A stretch of DNA of 64,000 nucleotides from positions 16,598 through 80,597 of the IMG/VR virus record IMGVR_UViG_3300017911_001490. One strand, given 5' to 3'. A program made the translations under genes and the position numbers. This DNA comes from a virus (taxonomy: Duplodnaviria; Caudoviricetes). This document shows positions 53,588 through 63,800 of the stretch, one piece after another; the stretch's first letter is position 1; each line of letters opens with the position of its first letter. Below the pieces are notes generated by a model. It did no database searches. It was not told the origin of the DNA and was given only the letters and a program-made list of their open reading frames with translations.

Positions 53588-54220
53588 ATGTCAGACACAA
53601 CATCAGTATTTTACCAAATCGGGCAGTCCGTAACTTCTGCGGTTAACTCTCGATTTTCAGTATTCACGTCATCCCCCAATACATTTAGCGGGACTCAGTC
53701 ATTCTCGACGATTACCCTAACAGGAAGCCTTGATGGATCAGCGGCATCTGCACAGGTTAAGAGCCTTGAAGTCATAGACCTTGCGGGCTCATCAGGAAAA
53801 GTAGCACTTATTGGATCAAATGGAGTAATTGAAGCAGACTCACTAGCATACAATAAAGCCACTGATACACTATCTGTAGCCAACTTAAATGTCACAGGAA
53901 CAACCACTTCCGTATCCACAACGAATACCGAAGTCACTGACAAGGTTCTTGTTCTAAATAAAGGAGGTGGGGACACCGCGGGCGAATCCGGTATTCTTGC
54001 AGAAGGCCCAACAGCCGCCAATGGTTCTGTCACAAGTGGTTCTTTCACATTCGCAAATAATGTATGGAGAGCAGGAACTACGGCATCTGATGGATCAGGT
54101 GGTGTGACCACTACACCAGGCACTCTGAATGTGGGTGGATTGCAAATTACATCCGGATCTCCTGTAAATACGCAGAACCTTGGAGACTATAATGACTTTA
54201 TCGCAGGTCTGAATGCTTGA
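53588..54220 (+). CDS. Fibre-like protein (paralogue group A)
   Basis: LNVTGTTTSVSTTNTEVTDKVLVLNKG; 5' end identical to 51468 gene. Confidence 0.75.
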   Translation: MSDTTSVFYQIGQSVTSAVNSRFSVFTSSPNTFSGTQSFSTITLTGSLDGSAASAQVKSLEVIDLAGSSGKVALIGSNGVIEADSLAYNKATDTLSVANLNVTGTTTSVSTTNTEVTDKVLVLNKGGGDTAGESGILAEGPTAANGSVTSGSFTFANNVWRAGTTASDGSGGVTTTPGTLNVGGLQITSGSPVNTQNLGDYNDFIAGLNA

Positions 54221-54231
54221 CGATCAGCGGA

Positions 54232-54266
54232 TTGACATCTAATGTAACACTAACAATATTGTAACT
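54232..54266 (+). promoter_or_regulatory. sigma70-like promoter overlapped by operator motif
   Basis: TTGACA-17-AATATT, ATG 6 nt later; GTAACAC-taacaata-TTGTAAC at 54244-54265. Confidence 0.65.
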
Positions 54267-55922
54267 ATGGCTAGTAATCTTAATAATAACGGATCATTTT
54301 CAGTCACATCTAGTGCGATCCAACTACGGGCAAATTCAGGAGGAGTTCCTCTTTCCCATAATGATGTAGACAGTAACTTTGAAAACCTTCGCTTGGCACA
54401 CAACTCCGTTGTAACTGCCCTAGCAGGGAAATCGGCATCTAGTCATACGCACAGCAATGCTACGACTTCAGCCCACGGATTCATGTCATCCTCTGACAAG
54501 TCTAAGCTGAATGGAATAGCAACAAGCGCAAATAATTATAGCCTTCCTACCGCATCAAGCTCTACACTTGGTGGAGTAAAGGTTGGGTCAAATATCAATA
54601 TTTCTAGTGGTACAATTAGTGTACCCTTGGCATCTACGACTACTGCAGGTGTGGTAGAGTACGATAACAGCACGATCAAGAAGAATGGTTCCGGTCAGTT
54701 ATATGTTAATGTTGGTGCAGTTAATACCGACACAAATACGACCTACTCAGCGGGAAGTGGACTTTCCTTATCAGGCACAACATTCTCCCATAAGGATACA
54801 TCATCCCAAGGATCTTCCAATAACTCAGGCAGAACATATATCCAAGATATCACTCTTGATGGGTACGGGCATGTTACTGGGATAGGCACAGCAACAGAAA
54901 CGGTCGTCAATACCAACACGACTTATAGCGCAGGAAGCGGACTCAGCTTGTCGGGTACAACTTTCAGTCACTCAAACACTTCTAGTGCAGGGTCTGTAAA
55001 TAACAGCGGCAACACAGTTATCCAGGACATCACGGTTGACACCTACGGGCATGTCACCGCAATCGGATCAAAGACTATCTCCACAGGTGGAGTTAATGGT
55101 CTTGCATCCACGGCTAATGTAACGATCCAAAACTCAGACATAATCTATTCAAAGCTAGAGGCCGCTGACGGAACAAACACCTCTGGTACCGCTCGAGATG
55201 GAGATGGTATAATAATTTGTGCAGGATCAGGGTATGGAAGCAGTCAGTCAAATACGACTGGTGGAGATTCCGGGCATATTATAATTGCCACTGATTCGGG
55301 TGGATTGTCAGATGAAACTGAAGGAAGCGCAGGTAGTATCTTTCTTAATGCAGGTGGTGGTATTAAGACAAACAGGATTCCTGACTATTACCCCTCTGCA
55401 CCTATCGATATGGCCAACGAAACGGTATATGGGTTTAGAACCAATTACAATGTTTCATCAAATAGGTACCCATTCTTAACGACCTTCAACATTCATACTT
55501 ACCGTGGTAGTAGAAGTGAGTCATCAGGCACACACTACCTCCATCGTTACCCAGAACCATGGACTACTACAAGTTCGAACACTGTTGGTTATTGGGGCAG
55601 TATGAATGAGTTTTCAGTTTCTTGGAAGAAACAGGGGTACATAGTCCATTGTAGCTTCAATTACGTATTTGATAATGGTGGGGGCATGAACCTGGGTGGG
55701 TATGTCGCATTTGACAATCTACCTTTCCCAGTAGCTGGTACTGGAGGAGGATGGTTCTACAGGAGGGCAAACGCATTAGTTGGGCACCCAGATAGATACG
55801 AGGATGGAAATCCTGTTTTAGTAAAACATGGTTTATTGTATTTGCAGTGCATGTGTAATGTTTTGAACGACGAGGATGATCCCCTATTCGGACACTTCAC
55901 CTACACCACTAACACCTTATAA
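54267..55922 (+). CDS. Fibre-like protein
   Basis: LS-x-x-x-VD-x-NF N-terminus, G-x-MS-x-x-DK-x-KL-x-GI, LP-x-AS-x-x-TLGGVKVG, two NTTYSAGSGLSLSGTTFSH repeats. Confidence 0.8.
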   Translation: MASNLNNNGSFSVTSSAIQLRANSGGVPLSHNDVDSNFENLRLAHNSVVTALAGKSASSHTHSNATTSAHGFMSSSDKSKLNGIATSANNYSLPTASSSTLGGVKVGSNINISSGTISVPLASTTTAGVVEYDNSTIKKNGSGQLYVNVGAVNTDTNTTYSAGSGLSLSGTTFSHKDTSSQGSSNNSGRTYIQDITLDGYGHVTGIGTATETVVNTNTTYSAGSGLSLSGTTFSHSNTSSAGSVNNSGNTVIQDITVDTYGHVTAIGSKTISTGGVNGLASTANVTIQNSDIIYSKLEAADGTNTSGTARDGDGIIICAGSGYGSSQSNTTGGDSGHIIIATDSGGLSDETEGSAGSIFLNAGGGIKTNRIPDYYPSAPIDMANETVYGFRTNYNVSSNRYPFLTTFNIHTYRGSRSESSGTHYLHRYPEPWTTTSSNTVGYWGSMNEFSVSWKKQGYIVHCSFNYVFDNGGGMNLGGYVAFDNLPFPVAGTGGGWFYRRANALVGHPDRYEDGNPVLVKHGLLYLQCMCNVLNDEDDPLFGHFTYTTNTL

Positions 55923-55937
55923 CTAACAATTAATACA

Positions 55938-56183
55938 ATGGAAAAGAAAGAGACACTTGTAAGTATCAATATCGAAGCCGATGGACAGATCGGGTATGTC
56001 ATGAATGTCGTAGTTACAGATGCAGGCGAAATAGTATCTGAGTCAAAAATGCCAAAAGTGATAATACCTACTTTCCAAGGGGATAAAGCCTCTCTTCCTG
56101 AGCTGGTTCAGAAAGCTATGGAAATTTACTGGACTCCTGAATTCAAACAAGCTTGGCAAGAAGGTAACATACCATCCGCTTAA
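55938..56183 (+). CDS. Small fibre-associated protein
   Basis: 81 aa; DGQI...G-x-x-VS-x-S...V-x-x-P...WTPE pattern. Confidence 0.65.
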   Translation: MEKKETLVSINIEADGQIGYVMNVVVTDAGEIVSESKMPKVIIPTFQGDKASLPELVQKAMEIYWTPEFKQAWQEGNIPSA

Positions 56184-56203
56184 ATGACGGGTAAAAGCCC
56201 GTC

Positions 56204-58624
56204 ATGGACAAGTACCAAAAAGCGGCTAAGACCCTCAATGAGATAGCTCCTGAACAACCTGGTTTTGGGAAAGAGCGTATTGCCTTTCTCAACCCACTTG
56301 AAGAGGAGATTCTCAAGTCCATTGGCGGGTCGGGACAAGTAATTGTACCCGAGGCTAAAGGCAAGAAAGCTGGGAAAGAGACAGAGGTACCATCCTATTT
56401 AGTTAAGTTCTTCAAGAAGAAGGTCATGGATGACTGGTTGGGCATCGATGATAATAAGACTTTTGGGATTAAGCATAAAACTCTCCTAGGTAAGGGACTT
56501 GGTAAGGTAAGAGATGATATACTAGGTATCGACTCAAAAAAGACTTTTGGTATTAGTGATGCAACTTGGGAAGATGCTCTTCCATTTGTAGCTAGTGTTA
56601 TTAACCCAGTTGCTGGTCTCATATACTCGGGATTAGATGCAGTGGTAGAGAATAATTGGGAGGACAGCGACAAGAACAATATGAAGCGTGCCATAAGGGC
56701 ACAGCAAGAAGCCGCGCGTGAAGCGGCGTCAAAAAGGGCAGGTAATATGACTGATGATGAATTAGCAAACTCACGGGCTCTCGCAATGGATCTTATCAGT
56801 CGTGGCAAGTCAGGCTTAATTGATCCGTCCGATAGCGCACGATTACAAACTTTATTAGCATCGCCGGGTGATGAATCATACATTGAGGGCGAGTCCATAG
56901 GTGGACAGGAGATCGATCCATTCCCCAATAGGTTCCGTGAGTCAGGTGACTTCATCAATCGTACCCTAAATAACACAGGTCGGTTCGCAGAGGATTACAT
57001 AGGCACAGAAGACCAAAGGATGTACGACTTCGCCCCGATCCTAGATCGGATGAAGGGCATGAACTTGGACGCTATGTCCACTTTGGGTTCTATCTATGAC
57101 CGAGGCCCTGGTGGATTGGAGTCACAATACAGAGGATTTCAGGATGATTTTAATAGCTTAGCAGGCGATCAGAAACGACTAAACATGATGACCGCAGACT
57201 CTAATCAGAGGTTTGTGGATGATGTTATAGGTGGTGGTGATCGGTATGCTGATGCGATCCGTGGAGCAAAAGAATTACAGACAGGACTGACCGATCGTGC
57301 ATTCGATGAACTATCTGAGCTTGAAAGTATCAAGCGGATGGAGAATCAAGAGCGCATGGGTAGGTTTGCTGATACCCGATTGGCAGAGATTGGTAGGAAT
57401 AGAGAACTTGAAGGTAGATTCGGGAACACCCGAGATGCTTTGAGAAATGTCCTTAATGAGGAAGAGGGTAGATTTTACGACACATTACAATCTCAGCTAG
57501 GTGGAGCAGATAGACTGCAGGGGGCAGAGTATGGTGCGGCAGATCGTATGCTCGATGCAGAGACAGGTCTTGGTGAAGGGATGTATGACTCCAGGATGGA
57601 TCGTGCGGGAAGTGTTAGGGATGCTCAGTTCGGAGCCGCCGACAGACTTCGTGATGCAGAACGACTCAAGGCACTGGTAGCGGCAGATAATGTAACACGA
57701 TCAGCCAATGCAGAGCAAAGGAACTTACGATCCGCTCGTGTAGGACAAGGAACAGGCACAGGCATGAACATGGCAAATGCTATGATTCGGGCACAGGCTG
57801 GAGCAGATCGAGGAGATATACTTGCGGATGCAAACATTGAGGATGCCATCAGACGAGGTGACTCGGAAATGGAATACGCAGATGTTGCGGGTAGAGCAGG
57901 AATTGGTAGAGCGCAAGACCTCGGTGAAGCAGGTGTTGGATTTGCAGGTGCTACAGGAGATTCTGACATTGGTCGAGCAATGGGCATTAACGATGCCATG
58001 GATCGGTACTCTCAACAGATGGAAGGAAATATTAAATCCTCCGCAGACCTTGCCATGGCTAAACAGATGGAGGGTGTCCTTGATCGTGATGCTGATATTA
58101 ACTTTGCCGACAAAATGGAAGGAATCTTGGACTCCGATGCTGATCGTATTGGTGCTGAGATTGGTGCAGATCGATACCGAACACTTTCCGAACTTGATCC
58201 AGGAGCAGGGGAAGTTGCGGGTGCGCAGGCAGACCTGCAAAATAGGATACGGGCTCTCGGATATGGTGATCAAATACTTAACGCTTATGGTGCGAACATT
58301 GGTATCGACCAAGGAACACTTGATGATGAGCGTAAGTTGCTTAGTGATCTCACCAACATGAGACTTGGTAATACATCCATGATCCCATCACTTGGCATGC
58401 AGTATGCACAACTTCCGGCATCCATGCTCGAGGCGGGACTTGCACCGATGGGTCCATTGGTCAGAAACATTTCTCCATACACATCCACAGGACAATTAAG
58501 TTCTCCAATTACATCCTTCGAGCCAATAGCTCCACCGCAACAAAAGATGAAGTGGTATGACTATGCGATGGCAGCTCCACAGATCGTGAATGGCGTTAGA
58601 AGTATAGGAAATATGTTCTCATGA
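56204..58624 (+). CDS. Putative ejection/DNA pilot protein
   Basis: 806 aa Gly/Ala/Asp-rich helical protein with GAADR and MEG-x-LD-x-DAD repeats; position typical of podovirus internal proteins. Confidence 0.65.
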   Translation: MDKYQKAAKTLNEIAPEQPGFGKERIAFLNPLEEEILKSIGGSGQVIVPEAKGKKAGKETEVPSYLVKFFKKKVMDDWLGIDDNKTFGIKHKTLLGKGLGKVRDDILGIDSKKTFGISDATWEDALPFVASVINPVAGLIYSGLDAVVENNWEDSDKNNMKRAIRAQQEAAREAASKRAGNMTDDELANSRALAMDLISRGKSGLIDPSDSARLQTLLASPGDESYIEGESIGGQEIDPFPNRFRESGDFINRTLNNTGRFAEDYIGTEDQRMYDFAPILDRMKGMNLDAMSTLGSIYDRGPGGLESQYRGFQDDFNSLAGDQKRLNMMTADSNQRFVDDVIGGGDRYADAIRGAKELQTGLTDRAFDELSELESIKRMENQERMGRFADTRLAEIGRNRELEGRFGNTRDALRNVLNEEEGRFYDTLQSQLGGADRLQGAEYGAADRMLDAETGLGEGMYDSRMDRAGSVRDAQFGAADRLRDAERLKALVAADNVTRSANAEQRNLRSARVGQGTGTGMNMANAMIRAQAGADRGDILADANIEDAIRRGDSEMEYADVAGRAGIGRAQDLGEAGVGFAGATGDSDIGRAMGINDAMDRYSQQMEGNIKSSADLAMAKQMEGVLDRDADINFADKMEGILDSDADRIGAEIGADRYRTLSELDPGAGEVAGAQADLQNRIRALGYGDQILNAYGANIGIDQGTLDDERKLLSDLTNMRLGNTSMIPSLGMQYAQLPASMLEAGLAPMGPLVRNISPYTSTGQLSSPITSFEPIAPPQQKMKWYDYAMAAPQIVNGVRSIGNMFS

Positions 58625-60285
58625 TTAATCCACTCCAAGCAATGGCACAGGCGCGTCAAGCCAACCAAATGGGTGGTTTGGGTGTTCAGTCACAAGGGGC
58701 ACAACAGATGACCCCACTCCTTCAGCAGGCACAAATGAATGTAGCCGACCCGACTATGATGCAGGCACAACCTGCTCGGCTGATGGAGATGGATAAATAT
58801 CGCTATGTCAATGCCGCACAGGATCGCGCACAGCGTGATAAGGAATTACTATTTAAGACACTTGATGCGAAAGAACAGAGGGCACACGCATTACAGGCTC
58901 AGCAAAACGCTTATGATATGTCTCTTAGGCTGGAGCAAGAAAAGATGAGAATGAAGGCTGAGCAGGATGATGCGATTACATCACTTGCTGATAAGCGTTA
59001 TGGTCCTCTTCGAGAGAAAACTGCCCGTGTATTTAAAGACTACAATCAATGGATTTCGGGTGGTGCGCAAACAGAACTGCAGAATAGATTTAAAGAAAAA
59101 TCAAAGATGTATGCATTACAGCACATTCCCTTTGATGAAATAAAAAAGCGTTACTTTGGGGAGGGTGGTACATATCAAGGAGTGGAGCCTCCACAGTTTG
59201 GTAGTGATGTACATAAGGCACTTGCCCTACAAATGCTTAACGAGACAGAAGCAGGGAAGAAAGCAATCTTATCAATATACGGGGAAACCCAAAGGGAAAT
59301 CTCACAAGAGACCACAAATAAGACAGCAGGATACAGAGCGGCTATGGATGGTCTCAAGGCTCTTAAATTCTCCGTGCCATATATTGAAGACCAACAGGGT
59401 GGCGGAAAGAAAGAAGGAGGCCCCATAACTATAGAGAATAAAGGTGTAGGGTCTGAATTAGATTTACCTGGTCTCGGTGGCGGTCCTAGAGGAGGAGCAG
59501 TTGACCCAACCACAGGGGATGATGGAACATTTGCGGGTAAGCAGTTTAATCCTTTAGTTGCAGACATACCTGTTAATATTGCTGAGGGTATAGCTAATAC
59601 AGCGGAAACGATAAGCAATAATCCCGGGGGTACTATTGTTGCCCCGATTACAGGTTTAACTGCAACAGAGTTTTTATCACAGGACAGAAAAGGGGCTCAG
59701 TACCAAGAGGGACTAGAGAAAGAACTTGATGCGAAACAAGGCGAAACTGATAAGCTTAAGAAGGATGGCACTCCAAAGAAACTTTCACCAAAAGCAATGG
59801 AGCAGGTTCGAAAAAAGATAGCACCCGAAGTCATGCTTGAGCATGCTAAGAAATTAGACCCAAGGGGGCTAGGCAAAAAGGACTTAGATTACTTTAAGAA
59901 CATTGACGAGAAAGACTTTGGAAAGCTTGTTGAGAAATCACGAGGTGGTTGGATCAAGCGTTTGAGCAAGTACGGATTGGATAAGGTTATGGTTCCCGAT
60001 CCTGATACTGGTGAGCGGAAAGTTATGTCGATTAAGGATATAATGAAGTCAAGGATAGGTAAAGCGGGTGGCGTGCTAGCAATCGGTGGATTGATTATAG
60101 ATGCAATAAATTACTCACAGGCTCCATCCGCAGAGGAGAAGAAAGAGCTTTTAGAGATGACGCAGTCGCACATGCAACTTGAAATGGTTGATGGAGAAAT
60201 AAAAGTAATCAACTCCCAAATGTCCGACGATCAACGAGCAAGACTTAATCAACTTTTAAGCCCCAGTCCACTTGTTCCACAATGA
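58621..60285 (+). CDS. Putative ejection/internal virion protein
   Basis: 554 aa; Gln/Met-rich N-terminus, helical. Confidence 0.6.
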   Translation: MINPLQAMAQARQANQMGGLGVQSQGAQQMTPLLQQAQMNVADPTMMQAQPARLMEMDKYRYVNAAQDRAQRDKELLFKTLDAKEQRAHALQAQQNAYDMSLRLEQEKMRMKAEQDDAITSLADKRYGPLREKTARVFKDYNQWISGGAQTELQNRFKEKSKMYALQHIPFDEIKKRYFGEGGTYQGVEPPQFGSDVHKALALQMLNETEAGKKAILSIYGETQREISQETTNKTAGYRAAMDGLKALKFSVPYIEDQQGGGKKEGGPITIENKGVGSELDLPGLGGGPRGGAVDPTTGDDGTFAGKQFNPLVADIPVNIAEGIANTAETISNNPGGTIVAPITGLTATEFLSQDRKGAQYQEGLEKELDAKQGETDKLKKDGTPKKLSPKAMEQVRKKIAPEVMLEHAKKLDPRGLGKKDLDYFKNIDEKDFGKLVEKSRGGWIKRLSKYGLDKVMVPDPDTGERKVMSIKDIMKSRIGKAGGVLAIGGLIIDAINYSQAPSAEEKKELLEMTQSHMQLEMVDGEIKVINSQMSDDQRARLNQLLSPSPLVPQ

Positions 60286-60827
60286 GCAAAGTTAATTCTG
60301 AGTATATAGAACAAGAGCTTAATAGAATTTCTGACATCCCTGACCAAGAGGAAAGGGTTCGGGCGGCTCAGCAACTACAATCACTAATAGTAGCTCAGGA
60401 GAACGAAGGTAAGCAACAGATCGAGCAGGCTAAAGCACTACCCGAGATGATGCAGAATGTGCAGGACAAGGATGATTATGTTAAGGATGTGGCAAAAGAT
60501 TTTCCAGGACTGACTGCCGGTGCGGCTCTAGGCATGAAGGTTATGCCTACATTACCGAATCCAGTAGCTAATTTTATATCCAAAGGCTTAGGTGCGGCGG
60601 GGGGTGGATTAATTGGGTCAGAGGTTACAGGTCCGTATGTCAAACCATACACCGACGCTATATACGATGCGGTAACTGATCCTGAGAATAAAAGAGTAAT
60701 TGCACTCGGAGATGACTTCGACCAAGGACAACCACTTATGGGTAGTCCTTCAATAATCCAACAGCAGGATCCCTACATGGATTCATCATCCACGGGAGTA
60801 ATGCCCGTATCACCTCTTCGTCCATGA
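60282..60827 (+). CDS. Hypothetical protein with glycine-zipper-like segment
   Basis: 181 aa; GLTAGAALG...GLGAAGGGLIG. Confidence 0.6.
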   Translation: MSKVNSEYIEQELNRISDIPDQEERVRAAQQLQSLIVAQENEGKQQIEQAKALPEMMQNVQDKDDYVKDVAKDFPGLTAGAALGMKVMPTLPNPVANFISKGLGAAGGGLIGSEVTGPYVKPYTDAIYDAVTDPENKRVIALGDDFDQGQPLMGSPSIIQQQDPYMDSSSTGVMPVSPLRP

Positions 60828-63800
60828 GTCCGGCAGACTGGATAAGGAAGCAGTACCTCGATGAGCATAACATCGATGTATCTCAATTCTCGGATGAACA
60901 ATTAATATTCAAGATAGGTTCGGATGCTGAGAAGAGTGGACTTACTATGCCTGACTTAAAGGCTAAGTACGGAGATGAATTTACAAATATATATTACGAC
61001 TCAAAGAATAGACCCGATCCAAACCAAGGATTCCTCGATGAGATAGGTTCAGGATTTAAGTCACAAGGGTACGGACTGCTATCCATGATTCCTGGTTCTG
61101 CGGGTCTTGTTGCAGGTAAGTTAGGATTCGAAGATGCTGAATCATACCTCATGGATAAGACTGCGGAGATTGCATCTCGCGGAGCAAATGATCGACCATC
61201 TGTCGAGAGATTCTCGGATGTAAGATGGGATAATCCTAGTGAGATTGCTAGGTTCTTCCTTGGTGGTATGGGATCGGCGGCTCCATCTGCACTTGAGTCC
61301 GCGGCGGCATTTGGACTAGGTGGGGGTATAGGTTATGGTATTGCCCGTAATCGCATTAAGAGTGGAATAAGAGAAACGATTGCAAATAAGGTAAAGGATC
61401 AGGGTGCCAAGGAGAGACTTACTGAGGTCTACCAAGAGATGGCAAAGATCAAGGCAAGAGAAGGTTTTAACACGGGTGCTAATATTGGTCTTGGTGCTTC
61501 GTCCTTGAGCTTAGGTACTGGTGAAATTTACTCAGAGTTATATCCTAGCACACAGCTCGACCCGAGTGATCCTGATTATATAGACCCCGATACCGCCCGT
61601 AATTTATCTTTAGGGTTTGGTGCATTGTCAGGTAGCCTAGATATGATACCCGCCTCTCGCCTATTAGGAAAACTAACAGGTCAAGGTGAGGGTAAAGCAA
61701 AGAGTTACTTGAAGCGGTTAATGCTCGCTTTACCTGAAGGTGTATTCCTCGAAGGTAGCACAGAAGCCACACAAGAGTTCATTAACATGGCGGCCGAGAA
61801 GTACGGCAGGGGTGAAGAGCTAGAGTTTAATAACCAAGAGATTGCACGAATGCTTGACGCGGGTGTACTTGGTGCTATTGGGGGCACTCAGTTTGCCGCT
61901 ATTGGTGCGATTAGAGGACCGAAGGATACAAGTTTACCCGACACCCCACCTGAACAGATCGCATCCGATGATCCAACTATTCAACAACAGGAAGACCTGC
62001 TTGAGGAATTAAGAAAAGAAGATGAGAGTCAACCAGGCAGATATGAGAGAGGAGAGAATGTACAGGACGCTTACGGAAATAAGGGAGTCATCAAGGAGAC
62101 CACAGCTAATACTGCATTAGTTGAAATGGATGATGGTTCTATCCGTGAATATACTCATGATCGGCTTGCACTTGCATTAGACGAGGAGGTCATTGAAACA
62201 CCATCTGTTAATGTTACACCTACCGCAACCGAATCAAGTGACTTCGGTGTTAATAAAGATGGTAAATTACCCCCAGCACTAGCTGGTGCAAAACCAGGAT
62301 ACAACTACGGTCAACGAAAAATTAATCTTAACTTCGAGAATGACATAGCGAAGGCATTATACATTGTTGGTAGTGGTCAGAACTCACGAAGAAAGCAAGA
62401 TTATTTAAACTGGCTCAAGTCTCAAGGGGTGGAAAATCCTCAAGAATTAGCTAAGCAGATTAGGGATGAGATAAAGGCACAAGCTAAAGCGGGTAAAAAT
62501 ACCGTTAATGTTAAATCCCCATTCACAATCGCCCCTGCAGATCCACAAGTTATAGTACCCGATGAAGTAGTAGACCCTCCAGCACCTGAAGTGCCAAAGG
62601 TTGAAATGATTAACGGGGAGAATAAAATCGAGGTAGAACAGGACAGGGAGAAGGATGTAAGGAAGCTTGTTAAGTATTACCGAGAATGGTCAAAGAGTGG
62701 AAAGTTTTACAAGAACAAGCGGAGGGCTGCATCCCAAGGAGTTGGAGCATGGGGCAGTAATGATGGGGATCGCATTAAACTCAAGCTGGGTACGGATAAG
62801 GATATATATAACAAGAGGAATGTTAATATACTCAAGGAACTCGGATACTTAGATAGTAAGGGAGAATGGGTAAAACCTACGGTTGCTGATAAGGAATTCG
62901 AGAAAAAGGATTTACAAGAAAAGAGAGACTCAAGGCTCAACCTAATCAATGAACTAAAGAAAAGAGATGACAACTGGTTGGCTCCCGGCAGAAAAGTACA
63001 GGATCGTCTTGGTGAGTTGGGTGAGATTGAGAAGGTAACCCGTGATGGGTATGTGGTTATCAATGGGGAGAAGTATGACCCGAAGCATTTATATAAAGTC
63101 AAGCCTCCCAAGCCCGTCCCTGGTAGTAATAATAATTCAAAACGCAACGATCAGCTAGAGGTCCTTGATCCATTCCCTGAGAACATGGAGTTTAAAGGGA
63201 AGAGTATTGAATTGGGATACAAGAACGGCAATGGTGTAAGAGCTAAAAACCGAAAGGTTGGAGTACCCATATCATCAAGGGAACAACTTAAAGATACACT
63301 CATTAAGATACTCGCTAAAGAAACCCAAAAGGGTGGAACACAGAAGCCTCTATTAACCAATTTAGATAAGATTGTAGTTGATGGTGCTGACTATTTCGCA
63401 GGGTACGAAAAACAAGGTGAGTATTATTCGTTTGGTGGTATCCATATAACAAAGGATGAGATTGCTGAGTATATTATAGAAAGCACACCTAATGACCAGA
63501 AGTCTTCGATTGGTGATTCTTTCACCATAAATGTAAATAGGCTTGGTGGAGGAAAGACTCCCGGAACAGATCAGGAAGTAGAGTATCTAGCAACCTTGCA
63601 TGATGAAATTTTGCCGGGAGAGGATTATACGCCAGGTATTTTCCTTGGTCAAATAAGTAGCCTTAATCAAGTCATAGACATGGCGACGGGGAAACTTCAA
63701 CCTACCTACGGAGGCTTGGCTGAGGATGAGGTCAGTATGGTAGCAAGTTTCCGTAGCTTGATTAGTCAAAGGAGTAAGACTAAGGCAATAGGCATATTTG

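Noticed and set aside
10012-54266. Operator as NtcA (GTA-N8-TAC), LexA, GlnR box or an ECF-sigma promoter
   Set aside because: GTA to TAC spacing is 16 not 8; spacing does not fit the LexA or GlnR boxes I know; an ECF -10 would fall inside the start codon
46145-55922. Diversity-generating retroelement suggested by two Mtd N-terminal-like domains
   Set aside because: No reverse transcriptase motif and no template/variable repeat pair differing at adenines was seen; Mtd-N is only the attachment domain
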